Of a stretch of 64,000 bases of DNA, positions 1-8,325 are shown piece after piece (the stretch's first letter is position 1; each line of letters begins with the position of its first letter). The notes under the pieces are model-generated. The model searched no databases. It worked only from the letters and a program-made list of their open reading frames with translations, and was not told the origin of the DNA. A program made the translations under genes and the position numbers. This stretch comes from Dehalococcoidia bacterium (GTDB lineage: Bacteria > Chloroflexota > Dehalococcoidia > Plut-88900). Location of the stretch: the NCBI GenBank assembly GCA_965249275.1, contig CBDFLQ010000007.1, positions 1 to 64,000 on the forward strand, written 5' to 3'.

Positions 1-645
1 CGACTGATCCGTCACCCACCCAACCCAAGGAGGTAACAAAACCCAGGGGGAAACCCAGCCCCGACCACGTAACGGAGGACTCAACGTCTAAGCCCTCCCA
101 AAGGGCGGCCCACAAGCCGTCCCGCGGCTCAAGCGAACGCCGCCATCTCCTCTACCAAGGGCCCCGGCTATCCCTTACCCTGATCCCCGCGATGGAAGAC
201 GCCCTGGACCGTACTTAAAAGTCTCCTCACGGAGCAACCCGACCCATGGAGCGGAACGGGGCGGCCTGTAGCCGAGGTCCGCTCGGCTCTCCGTCCGCTT
301 CCTTAAATAAAACTGGGCTGCCGCCGTCTCCCGGCTCCTGGCTTCAGGCGGCGAACCGGATACCCCGTACTCCTGCGAGGGGAACTGACCCTGGACTTTC
401 CCCTTCCTGCACCCGCCCCCGGCGGACAGCGCAGCCAACCCTTATTGGAGCCTATGACGGATGACGGACCCGTACGTCCGACCATACTTCCAGGTCTAGG
501 CGGCGGCGGAGCCCCGTCCCCACGTTCCCGGGACGCCTCCATGCCCGCATTATCTAAATATAGGGAGCCGAATCCATAAGGCGTCTTCCATCACCGACCC
601 CCCAACAAACAAAACAGACAGAACTAAACCCGAACTGAATAAACA
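1..645 (+). ncRNA. Candidate large structured ncRNA / repeated non-coding element, copy 1 (5' end at or beyond window edge)
   Basis: Homologous to 40165-40800. GATGGAAGACGCC (191-203) is complementary to GGCGTCTTCCATC (580-592). Many local hairpins, e.g. AGCCGAG-gtccg-CTCGGCT, AGGGGAA..TTCCCCT, CCGCC-ccc-GGCGG, CGGAC-ccgtac-GTCCG. No reading frame conserved between copies. The repeat is certain; RNA function is inferred. Confidence 0.6.
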
Positions 646-651
646 TTCCCC

Positions 652-676
652 GCAGGAGCGACCCGCCGGTCGCCCT
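652..676. repeat. REP-like palindrome (RAYT-associated GTAG-type look-alike)
   Basis: gcaggaGCGACC-cgcc-GGTCGCcct resembles the GTAGGGGCGACC..GGTCGCCC REP type. Confidence 0.45.
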
Positions 677-711
677 GGGATGGAGGTTCTCGAAAAGTCG
701 AGCAAGGCCAG

Positions 712-1944
712 TTATTGCAGAAACCGCCAGTCGTAGGCGGCGGTGGAGATGATTTCAGGGCCGTCGGCGGTGATGATCATCTGCTCACCGAGCTTGGCCG
801 CCTCCCGTGCCCCGACCTCGCCCACATAGCATTCCAGGGTCACGACCATATTCTCTTCCAGTGCCCCCGGCTCGTGACCGAAACCGTGGGGTCGCCAGTC
901 GGGGTAGGAGATGGCGGGCCATTCGTCGGACATGCCTGCGCCGTGGGACATGACCGGGTAGCGCTGGGCCTTGTATTTCTCCGGGAACTGGTAGGACTTT
1001 TCGGAGATCTCCTGGTAGGTCATGCCCGGCCGGAACAGGTCCATCGACTGTTGGATGAACTCGTATCCAGTCTTGTAAACGTCCATCTGCTCGGGCGTGG
1101 GGTTGCCGTCGCCGCAGAGGTAGGTCCGGGATACGCAGAGGAAGTAGCCCATCGGCCCGGCCATGTCGATGTCGAAGCCGACAAGTTCCCCGGGCCTGAC
1201 GAGCCTGCCGGAAGAGTCCTTGAACCACGGGTTCATGTTGCCCCCGGCAGCCAGCAGCTTACCGTCGGTGTGCTCACCGCCGTACTTGAGGTTCGTGCCC
1301 GCAAGTATCGACCAAAGCTCGTCCTCCGTGACGCCGGGCTTTATGGCCCGGCGGGTGTTGTCGATGGCAACGTCAGCGATGGCTGCGGCCTGGCGCATCA
1401 AGGTTAGCTCGTCGGGGGTCTTGATGGCGCGGGCTCTCTCGATTGCTTCCCAGCCATCGGCGAGGCGGATGCCGTGGCGTTTGGCGGCTTCGAAACCCGT
1501 GGTGTCCAGCTTGTCCAGTCCGATGCGCTCGGAGGCGATGCCCAGCTCTTCCAGGACGCTCTTCACGCCCGCTGCCCAGAGCTCGACGGCCTCATCCATG
1601 TAGACGCCGCAGGGGAAGAAGTCCCAGACCTGTCCGGGCCTGACCCGCAGTTCGTCGGTGTCCTGGGCACTGGACATGTCGCCGAAGAGGACTGGTGCAC
1701 CCTCCCGGGGGATGAGGGCGTAGCGCTGGAAGCGGCGCAGGTTGTAGGCTCCGGAGGAGCGGGAGCCGGTGGCGTAGCGCACGTTGACGGGGTCGAACAT
1801 GAGAATGCCGCCGAGGTCCAGCCGGGCCATTTCGCCCTGGAGCCGGGCGAGGCGGTCTCTTTTGAGCCTTGCGATGTCGACCCGCTCCTCGAAATCGACC
1901 ATCTGCTGCCCTACGAGGTCCTTTTGATGCGCTTGCTTGGGCAT
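712..1944 (-). CDS. M24/Xaa-Pro peptidase-fold protein, DddP-like
   Basis: ORF 712..2067; likely start ATG 1944 (MPKQAH) after AGGAGG. Motifs FDPVNVRYATG, ARAIKTPDEL, HGAGMSDEWP, ECYVGE. Confidence 0.8.
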   Translation of the reverse strand: MPKQAHQKDLVGQQMVDFEERVDIARLKRDRLARLQGEMARLDLGGILMFDPVNVRYATGSRSSGAYNLRRFQRYALIPREGAPVLFGDMSSAQDTDELRVRPGQVWDFFPCGVYMDEAVELWAAGVKSVLEELGIASERIGLDKLDTTGFEAAKRHGIRLADGWEAIERARAIKTPDELTLMRQAAAIADVAIDNTRRAIKPGVTEDELWSILAGTNLKYGGEHTDGKLLAAGGNMNPWFKDSSGRLVRPGELVGFDIDMAGPMGYFLCVSRTYLCGDGNPTPEQMDVYKTGYEFIQQSMDLFRPGMTYQEISEKSYQFPEKYKAQRYPVMSHGAGMSDEWPAISYPDWRPHGFGHEPGALEENMVVTLECYVGEVGAREAAKLGEQMIITADGPEIISTAAYDWRFLQ

Positions 1945-1966
1945 GAGATACCTCCTTGGCTCGGGG

Positions 1967-3133
1967 CTAGGTGTTGTATGCGCCTGCTTGCCAGGACCAG
2001 GTCTTTCTCCAGTCCCGAGGCACGTGGCGTAATCGATCAAAGCGGAAGGCTGATATATCCACGGCACATTCTCCGTCGATTATTAGCTCCTTGACGGCGA
2101 GGCCCGTGGCGGGAGAGAGGCCGAACCCGTTGCCCGACGCCGATACGATGACGAAACCTTCCGGGTTACTGAGCTTGTCGATAATGGGGATGCTGTCTGG
2201 GGTCTGCTCCACTACGCCTGCCCAGGAGCGAAGGACTCGGGTGTCCTCCAGTGCGGGGAAGAGCTCGGCGAGACGGCGAGAGATGTTGCGGACAAGGGGC
2301 GTGTTGGGCTTGGGAGGAGACTCCTGGAGGGCCACGTCTATCCACTCGTGGGGGCCGCCGCCGAATACCAGGTTGCCCCGGAGCGTCTGCCGTCCGTAGA
2401 GGCCGTTACCGGCTATATATGTGCTGAATCTCGGTTCCAGGGGCACGGTAGCGATGATCTCCACGCGGCCGGGAGCGACAGGAATGTGAACCCCAACCAT
2501 GTCCCCAATGAGCCCCGACTGAGGCCCGGCGGCACTGACCACCATGTCGGCGGAGACGGCGCCCTGGGTGGTCTGTACACCCTGCACACGCCCCCCCGAC
2601 ACGTCGATACCGGTGACCGCAGTGTCCTGGTATATGCGACCGCCCCGGTCCTGGCAAGCCCAGGCGTAGGCTTGCACGGCCCGCTGGGGGTTAGCGTGTC
2701 CGGCGTTGGGAAAATACATGCCCCCGAGAGCCTTGTCTGTAAGCTCGGGGACCAAGGACCTCATTTCCTCTGGGTCCACGGCCCGGGCCTCGACGCCGTA
2801 TTTGGGGGCGTTGATAGACATCGCCCTGACCAGGTCCATCTCCTCCTCCCACATGGCGACCTGGAGCCGGCCCTCGTGGATGAACTCGGTGGGGTAGCCA
2901 AGCTCCTCGTGAAGGGTGAGCCAGGTCTCTCGGGCTCGGGTGGCCATGGGGATGGCAAAGGGCTCATCGGCGCGGGGACTCATGCTCCCGCCGTTGCGCG
3001 CCGAGGCTTCCTCGCCTATCAGACCCTTCTCAAGGACCACAACATTGACTCCCGTATTAGCGAGAAAGTAGGCGGAACTGAGCCCTGAGACCCCACCCCC
3101 GATAATCACGACCTCGGCGTTGTCCAGGTTCAC
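1967..3133 (-). CDS. FAD-dependent oxidoreductase, D-amino-acid oxidase / sarcosine oxidase beta / OoxB-like
   Basis: GGGVSG Rossmann motif, ASARNGG, RSWAG..TPD.IPII, GNGFGLSPA. Confidence 0.85.
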   Translation of the reverse strand: MNLDNAEVVIIGGGVSGLSSAYFLANTGVNVVVLEKGLIGEEASARNGGSMSPRADEPFAIPMATRARETWLTLHEELGYPTEFIHEGRLQVAMWEEEMDLVRAMSINAPKYGVEARAVDPEEMRSLVPELTDKALGGMYFPNAGHANPQRAVQAYAWACQDRGGRIYQDTAVTGIDVSGGRVQGVQTTQGAVSADMVVSAAGPQSGLIGDMVGVHIPVAPGRVEIIATVPLEPRFSTYIAGNGLYGRQTLRGNLVFGGGPHEWIDVALQESPPKPNTPLVRNISRRLAELFPALEDTRVLRSWAGVVEQTPDSIPIIDKLSNPEGFVIVSASGNGFGLSPATGLAVKELIIDGECAVDISAFRFDRLRHVPRDWRKTWSWQAGAYNT

Positions 3134-4627
3134 CTAGCCACCCCCATTCGGGGATTCTAGCTTGATGGTGGACCGTTTGAACCACTTGGGCCAGTCGGCA
3201 CGGGTCTCTTCGGTCTCATCGGTGTCCCACATTGATCGGAGGGGGAGGGGACGGGCGGGGGTGCGGTAAGTTGCTATCGGCACATCCGAGGGGTCAACAC
3301 CCGCGGCTTGGGCCGAAATTAGAGCGACCTCCTCGCGGCAGCGTCGGCCTTGGCAGTAGCCCATACCGGCCCTCGTAAGACGCTTCAGCCTGTCGAGGTT
3401 TACGGGGGCTTCTTCGAATAGGGTGGCCAGCCCTCTGTCCCCCATGCTTCTCGAAGGCCAGCCGAGATATCGTGGCGGTGACACAGCCTGGAGGTCGGCC
3501 CTGCTCACTTCTTCGCAGAGGCAGACGGCCACTTCGCCGACCTCACTGTTGGACAGGGAGGAGCACCAGGACTGCCAGTATTGGACGGCGGGTTGTGCGT
3601 CGGCCCGGGGCCCGTGGACCAAGATGTCGGAAAAGCCATCGTGTATACCTGCTGCCGACCTCCCGGCTCGCGCACCTTGTCTTTCGGTGAGATTGGCGGC
3701 GCCATTCGCATCGGGGACGCCGCAGACGTCCCCCGCCACGAAAACTCCCTCTAGGCTGGTCTCCATGTTGGAGTCGAAGGCGGGTATGTATCCACCGAGG
3801 CGGGTGTCGAATCGGAGGTCGCAGCCAGTGAGAAAGGGAAGCTCGGCAGATGGCACTAGGCCGATTGCGAGGCAGACAGTGTCGCAGGGAATTTCACGGG
3901 TCCCGGTCGGTGAGGATAAGACCAGGGCCTCGACCTCCCGAGAACCGCGGGCCTCGACTACGGAGTGGGAAGTATAGAAGGGGACACCGCGTGCCTTAAG
4001 GTCATCGGCGAGGGTACCGGGCGAGCGGACCTCGGGGCCCGATTCTACGATGGCCGCCACCTCAATGCCGTGGTCGAGCGCGAGGGCCGCGGCGGCAAGA
4101 GCGAGGTCCCCAGACCCGAGAATCGCCACCCTAGTTCCGCTGAAAGCCTGGTACTTCTCAATAAGGGCGCACATGCCTTGCGCGCCAACCACGCCTACGA
4201 GATCGCGGCCGAGAAAGCTGAGGGACAGGTCTCGGGCGCCGGTTGCGAGTACCAGCCGGTCATATTCGAGCATCCACGTTTCACGGTCATTGCCAAGGCC
4301 CAGGACGGGCCTAGTTACGTGTCGACTGTTCTGCCGCTCCCTGAAGCTGCCCCACACGTAGACGCCGGGCTGGACGTCGACTCCCGCCTCCTGGGCGCAG
4401 GCGATACCGGGGTTGGCAGCGACGGCACGCTGCAGCATGAGACCCTGGTCCCTGACTGTGGCGGTCATACGCTGGCCGAAGAGGTAGGGGATGTCGAGCC
4501 CCATCATCGAGGAGTCGATGGGGTGCTCGTCAATGAGAGTAACTCGGGCCCCGGCCTCCGAGGCTGCAAGGGCCGCAGCAATGCCCGCGGGCCCCGCACC
4601 AACCACGACCACGTGGGGATCAGTCAT
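3134..4627 (-). CDS. FAD/NAD(P)-dependent oxidoreductase with C-terminal BFD-like [2Fe-2S] domain (OoxA/HcnB-like)
   Basis: GAGPAG, ATGA, VAGD, CLCEEV and KRLTRAGMGYCQGRRC motifs; abuts the DAO-family gene. Confidence 0.85.
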   Translation of the reverse strand: MTDPHVVVVGAGPAGIAAALAASEAGARVTLIDEHPIDSSMMGLDIPYLFGQRMTATVRDQGLMLQRAVAANPGIACAQEAGVDVQPGVYVWGSFRERQNSRHVTRPVLGLGNDRETWMLEYDRLVLATGARDLSLSFLGRDLVGVVGAQGMCALIEKYQAFSGTRVAILGSGDLALAAAALALDHGIEVAAIVESGPEVRSPGTLADDLKARGVPFYTSHSVVEARGSREVEALVLSSPTGTREIPCDTVCLAIGLVPSAELPFLTGCDLRFDTRLGGYIPAFDSNMETSLEGVFVAGDVCGVPDANGAANLTERQGARAGRSAAGIHDGFSDILVHGPRADAQPAVQYWQSWCSSLSNSEVGEVAVCLCEEVSRADLQAVSPPRYLGWPSRSMGDRGLATLFEEAPVNLDRLKRLTRAGMGYCQGRRCREEVALISAQAAGVDPSDVPIATYRTPARPLPLRSMWDTDETEETRADWPKWFKRSTIKLESPNGGG

Positions 4628-4666
4628 ATTGCATCCTGCTAGACCTGAGATAGGAAACGCCGGGTA

Positions 4667-4695
4667 ATCGTATGGCGGGGGTGGGGTGGGGTCAA
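4667..4695 (-). promoter_or_regulatory. sigma70-like promoter for the ooxA-like operon
   Basis: Minus strand TTGACC-17 nt (C-rich)-TACGAT, 40 nt upstream of ATG 4627. Confidence 0.6.
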
Positions 4696-4706
4696 GGGGG
4701 AGGGAA

Positions 4707-7169
4707 TTAGGTTAGCACACCGGCAGCAGCGACTTCGGCTATCTCTTCGTCGGTCATTTCCAGGATGTTCTTGAGGACGTATTCGTTGTGCTGCCCCAGC
4801 TGCGGCGAAGGGCTTTTGTAGAGCGCAGGAGTGTCTGAAGCAATGAACTCGGTTCCGTCGAAGGGGTAGAGGCCCATTTCAGGGTGGTCCATGTAGATGT
4901 AGTGGCCTCTGTGGGCGAGCTGTTTGTCGGAGAAGAGGTTCTCGCAGCTGTTAACTGCGCCCGCCGGTACACCAGCCTCCTGGAGAGTTTCCATAAGGGG
5001 TACGGGTTCGAAATTACGGGTCCAGCCTGAGATGTGCCGGTCAAGCTCTTCTTCACTTGTCTTACGACCTGCAAGGGTGTCGAGCCTGGACTCCACTGCC
5101 CACGCCGGACTGCCCATCACCGAGACAAGCGCCTTCCACTGTTCATCTGTCTCCACGGCGATGGCGCACCAGGTGTCGGGTTCGCGGCAAGGGTAGACGG
5201 CGTGGGGGGCGGCGGTGGGGGAGCGGTTCCCATCCCGTTGCTGCTCTCGCCCGTTTGCCGAGTAGTCGAGGAGGGCCGGGGCCAGGATCTGAAGTGCGCC
5301 CTCAAGCTGCGAGAGATCCAGGTATTGCCCCTGCCCTGTGCGCTCCCGGTAGTCCAGGGCTGCAATGAGAGCGGAAGCGCCGAACCTGGCAAGAAAAAAG
5401 TCGGTGTAAGCCCCGTAGGGTGGCACAGGGGTGCGGTCGGGCCAGCCGCAGTGATGTACGAACCCGGCCAGGGAACCAAGCATCGGGCCGAAGCCTGCCT
5501 GGCTGTCGTATGGCCCCCCTCTCCCGAGCATGGAGGCGCTGTACATGACAATGCCGGGGTTTATCTTTTTCAGGTCTTGGTAGCCCAGCCCGTAGCGTTC
5601 CAGGGTGCCTGGGGAGAAGTTTTCGGTGACGACGTCGGCCCAGCGGACCAGGCGATGGATGACATCCTTGGCTTCCGGATTCGAGAAGTCTACGCTTATG
5701 CCGAATTTGTTGGAGTTGTAGTTGGCGAAGTAACCGCTGCGGTTGATTCCCCACTCCCCATCTGCGAAGGGAGATGCCGTTCGAAGCACTTCGACTCTGC
5801 GGAGCGACTCCACCCTGACCACTGTTGCGCCGTGGTCGGCGAGATAGCGGGTGGTGAGTGGGCCCACAGCGACCCAGCAGAAATCCAGCACCTTCAGTCC
5901 TTCGAAAGGGCTGGTCTTGTTTGCCTGCTGGAAGCGCCGTTCCCTTCTTGGGTGGGTGTCATTACCAAGGATTTCTTTATTGTGCTCACCGAGATAGGGG
6001 GCGCGGCCTCTTGGGCCCAGGGAGGAGGTGGAGGACTTTATGAAGGAGCCAGGGTAGCGGAAGGAGCGCCCTTCTTTTGGGTGGTATATATCGGTGAAGA
6101 AATTGCGGGCGGCTAGCTGAAGGTCGGAGAACGCGTCGTCGGCGTTGCCGACGGGGAACATGAGGATGCCGCGATCTGCTGCACCCTGGTAAAGTTCCCG
6201 CTTGGTGTGAGTAAGAAAGAATGCAGCCATTGCGCCCTCGACGCTCTCGAGGACCTCTTCCGACAGCTTTCCCGCGTCGACTTCCCGCCAGTCTGCCGGG
6301 GCTTCGGGGATGGGACTAAACCCCTCGCTAGCCATCCACCGGAAGAGAGAATTCGTGCGCTCTCCGAGTACGCCGCCCATTACGAAATAGGATACGAAGC
6401 CGTCCTTGGCGGGCCAGGTGGTCCGCAGCTGTCGCTCACCCCCCATGCCCCGATAGCTGCCCCGTCGGACCACATTAATGTGGTTGAGGCCCCAGGTTGC
6501 GGGAGCCTCCGAGAGGACGCGGGCCACGGCTTGCTGACCTGAAACGTCGACGTGCTGCCCCTTGCCGGTGGCGAGCCTGTGGTAGTGAGCGACCATTGCA
6601 CCGATCGCCCCTGATGCCCCAGTCAATGGGCCAAACTGGGGCTGGGTCACCCGCAGAGGCGGCCTGTCGGGGTCTCCGGTGAGGAAGGTGAGGCCGCCGA
6701 GGGACACGCCGACCAGGTCGGGGCCCAGGAAACGGGAATAGGGGCCGGTCTGCCCGAAAGGAGTCATGGAGACCATGACGAGGGACGGGTTTATTTGCCG
6801 CAGGGTCTCGTAGCCGAGACCGAGACTGTCCATACAGCCCGGGGCAAAGCCTTCGAGCAGAAAGTCGGAGCCTGCGGCGAGGTCTTTCAGCTTTGCTGCG
6901 CCTAACTCGGAGGTAATGTCCAAGGTGACGCTGCGCTTTCCGGCGGCGAAGGCCCACCAGACGAGGCTGCGCTCGGGGTTGGGGTCGTCTTTGTAGAATG
7001 GGCCGAGCCTGCGAACAGGGTTGCCGTCCGGGGGCTCGATTGCGATGACCTCGGCGCCGAGATCGGAGAGGATTTTGCCGGCAAGGATGCCATTTTCGCC
7101 GGCGAGGTCCAGGACTCGGTAGGGGGATAAAAGGCCGGGGCCTTGGTTTTCGGCTGGGGGTGTGGACAC
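4707..7169 (-). CDS. Family III (CaiB/BaiF) CoA transferase, two fused domains
   Basis: Two CaiB repeats (RVLDLAG..LSDLGAEVIAIEPP; KVLDFCWVAVGP..LADHGATVVRVES). Likely GTG start 7169 after AGGAGG (ORF track 4707..7241). Confidence 0.88.
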   Translation of the reverse strand: MSTPPAENQGPGLLSPYRVLDLAGENGILAGKILSDLGAEVIAIEPPDGNPVRRLGPFYKDDPNPERSLVWWAFAAGKRSVTLDITSELGAAKLKDLAAGSDFLLEGFAPGCMDSLGLGYETLRQINPSLVMVSMTPFGQTGPYSRFLGPDLVGVSLGGLTFLTGDPDRPPLRVTQPQFGPLTGASGAIGAMVAHYHRLATGKGQHVDVSGQQAVARVLSEAPATWGLNHINVVRRGSYRGMGGERQLRTTWPAKDGFVSYFVMGGVLGERTNSLFRWMASEGFSPIPEAPADWREVDAGKLSEEVLESVEGAMAAFFLTHTKRELYQGAADRGILMFPVGNADDAFSDLQLAARNFFTDIYHPKEGRSFRYPGSFIKSSTSSLGPRGRAPYLGEHNKEILGNDTHPRRERRFQQANKTSPFEGLKVLDFCWVAVGPLTTRYLADHGATVVRVESLRRVEVLRTASPFADGEWGINRSGYFANYNSNKFGISVDFSNPEAKDVIHRLVRWADVVTENFSPGTLERYGLGYQDLKKINPGIVMYSASMLGRGGPYDSQAGFGPMLGSLAGFVHHCGWPDRTPVPPYGAYTDFFLARFGASALIAALDYRERTGQGQYLDLSQLEGALQILAPALLDYSANGREQQRDGNRSPTAAPHAVYPCREPDTWCAIAVETDEQWKALVSVMGSPAWAVESRLDTLAGRKTSEEELDRHISGWTRNFEPVPLMETLQEAGVPAGAVNSCENLFSDKQLAHRGHYIYMDHPEMGLYPFDGTEFIASDTPALYKSPSPQLGQHNEYVLKNILEMTDEEIAEVAAAGVLT

Positions 7170-7191
7170 GGTTGCCGCGGCCTCCTGCCGG

Positions 7192-8295
7192 TTAGAGGCC
7201 CAGGGCGTCGCCGAGCTTGTGCTTGTGGTCCTTCGGGTCACCGAGGTAGCTGTAGAGGGTCCGGGACATCTGGGAGTGCAGCGTTAGTCCATAGCCCTTG
7301 TCGATGCCTATGCCAGCCAAAACCTCGTGGGTAGCATCGCAGGCTTTTACATAAGCCTCAGATGTAACGGCCTTGGCCATGTGTATCGAGGTCTCGGCGT
7401 CCCGGCCCGTGTCCAGTTTCCAGAGGGCCTCGTATGTGGTCCAACGGGCAGCGTCCAGATGGTTGACCAAGCGAACTATGTGGTCCTGCACCCTCTGAAA
7501 TCTGCCAATGGGCCTGCCGAACTGCACCCGGGTGCGGCTGTGGTCTACTGCCATGTCAAATACTGTCTGCATTCCGCCAACCTGGTAGGCGCACAGGATG
7601 GGAAGGGCCTTCAATACAGCCCGCTCGAAGGCAGGCCAGCCTTCGCCCAGCAACGCCGACGCGGGGATTTCTACATTGTAGAAGGTGACCTCGTTCATGG
7701 AGGTCATGAAACCGTCCAATGCCCGAACGGCGACGCCCGGGGCCTGGGCATCTATGAATGCGAGGGACACATCTCCGCCATTTCGTACGGTACAGAGAAG
7801 GTGTGTGGCAGACTGTGCGTCCTGCACAAATAGCTTGGTCCCGTAGAGGTTGTGCGAACCGTTATTCGAAGTGAGCGACATACCGACGGACTCGGGGGTC
7901 CAGCCGTAGTCGGGTTCGGTGACGGCGAGGCCAACGGCATAGTCCCCGGCAGCGATCTTGGGGAGAATCTCGCTCTTCTGCTCTTCCGTTCCTGCCTCGG
8001 CGATAGTTAGAGCGGCTAGGACGCCGGACGAGAAGAAGGGCCCGGTCACGGGCCCGCGGCCAAGCTCTTCGAAGACGACGGCGGCGTCGGTGAAAGAATT
8101 GCCTGAGCCGCCGTATTCGACGGGGATGAGCATGCCGAGCCAGCCCATGTCTCGGGCGCGGGCCCAGAGCTCGGGGGTGATTTCTCGGTGGGTGTCTTCA
8201 AGCTCGATGAGGGTCTCTTTGGGAAACTCCCGCTGTACGAAGTCCCGGGTAACCCTTCGGAGAAGTTCCTGCTCTTCGGTGAGGGATAGGTCCAT
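7192..8295 (-). CDS. Acyl-CoA dehydrogenase family protein (partner subunit of a heteromeric ACAD)
   Basis: MDLSLTEEQ, EYGG, RVQFGRPIGRFQRVQ motifs. Confidence 0.88.
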   Translation of the reverse strand: MDLSLTEEQELLRRVTRDFVQREFPKETLIELEDTHREITPELWARARDMGWLGMLIPVEYGGSGNSFTDAAVVFEELGRGPVTGPFFSSGVLAALTIAEAGTEEQKSEILPKIAAGDYAVGLAVTEPDYGWTPESVGMSLTSNNGSHNLYGTKLFVQDAQSATHLLCTVRNGGDVSLAFIDAQAPGVAVRALDGFMTSMNEVTFYNVEIPASALLGEGWPAFERAVLKALPILCAYQVGGMQTVFDMAVDHSRTRVQFGRPIGRFQRVQDHIVRLVNHLDAARWTTYEALWKLDTGRDAETSIHMAKAVTSEAYVKACDATHEVLAGIGIDKGYGLTLHSQMSRTLYSYLGDPKDHKHKLGDALGL

Positions 8296-8325
8296 CTGGA
8301 ATCCAGGCGCTAGGAGTCCGGCCCG

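Noticed and set aside
130-158. tmRNA/tRNA-like 3' end (cgccatctcctctacca)
   Set aside because: No T-arm GTTCGA and no matching acceptor stem; the CCA is not kept in copy 2.
378-406. RNase P RNA (minus strand GGGGAAAGTCC resembles GAGGAAAGUCC)
   Set aside because: No ACAGAA..CGGCUUA 3' P4 partner or other conserved regions found, and the element is multicopy.
246-464. 72-aa ORF (and 40139..40624) as a real protein-coding gene
   Set aside because: The middle ~45 codons are in different frames in the two copies despite ~90% DNA identity; Pro/Arg-rich composition; no clear RBS.
455-486. Hammerhead ribozyme (cggatga-cggac..gtcc-gacc)
   Set aside because: The core should be CUGAnGA...GAAA; the observed CGGAUGA and GACC break essential nucleotides.
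191-592. Simple MITE bounded by 13-bp terminal inverted repeats
   Set aside because: Homology extends ~190 bp left and ~50 bp right of the inverted repeat and no target-site duplication is visible. It remains only an alternative hypothesis.
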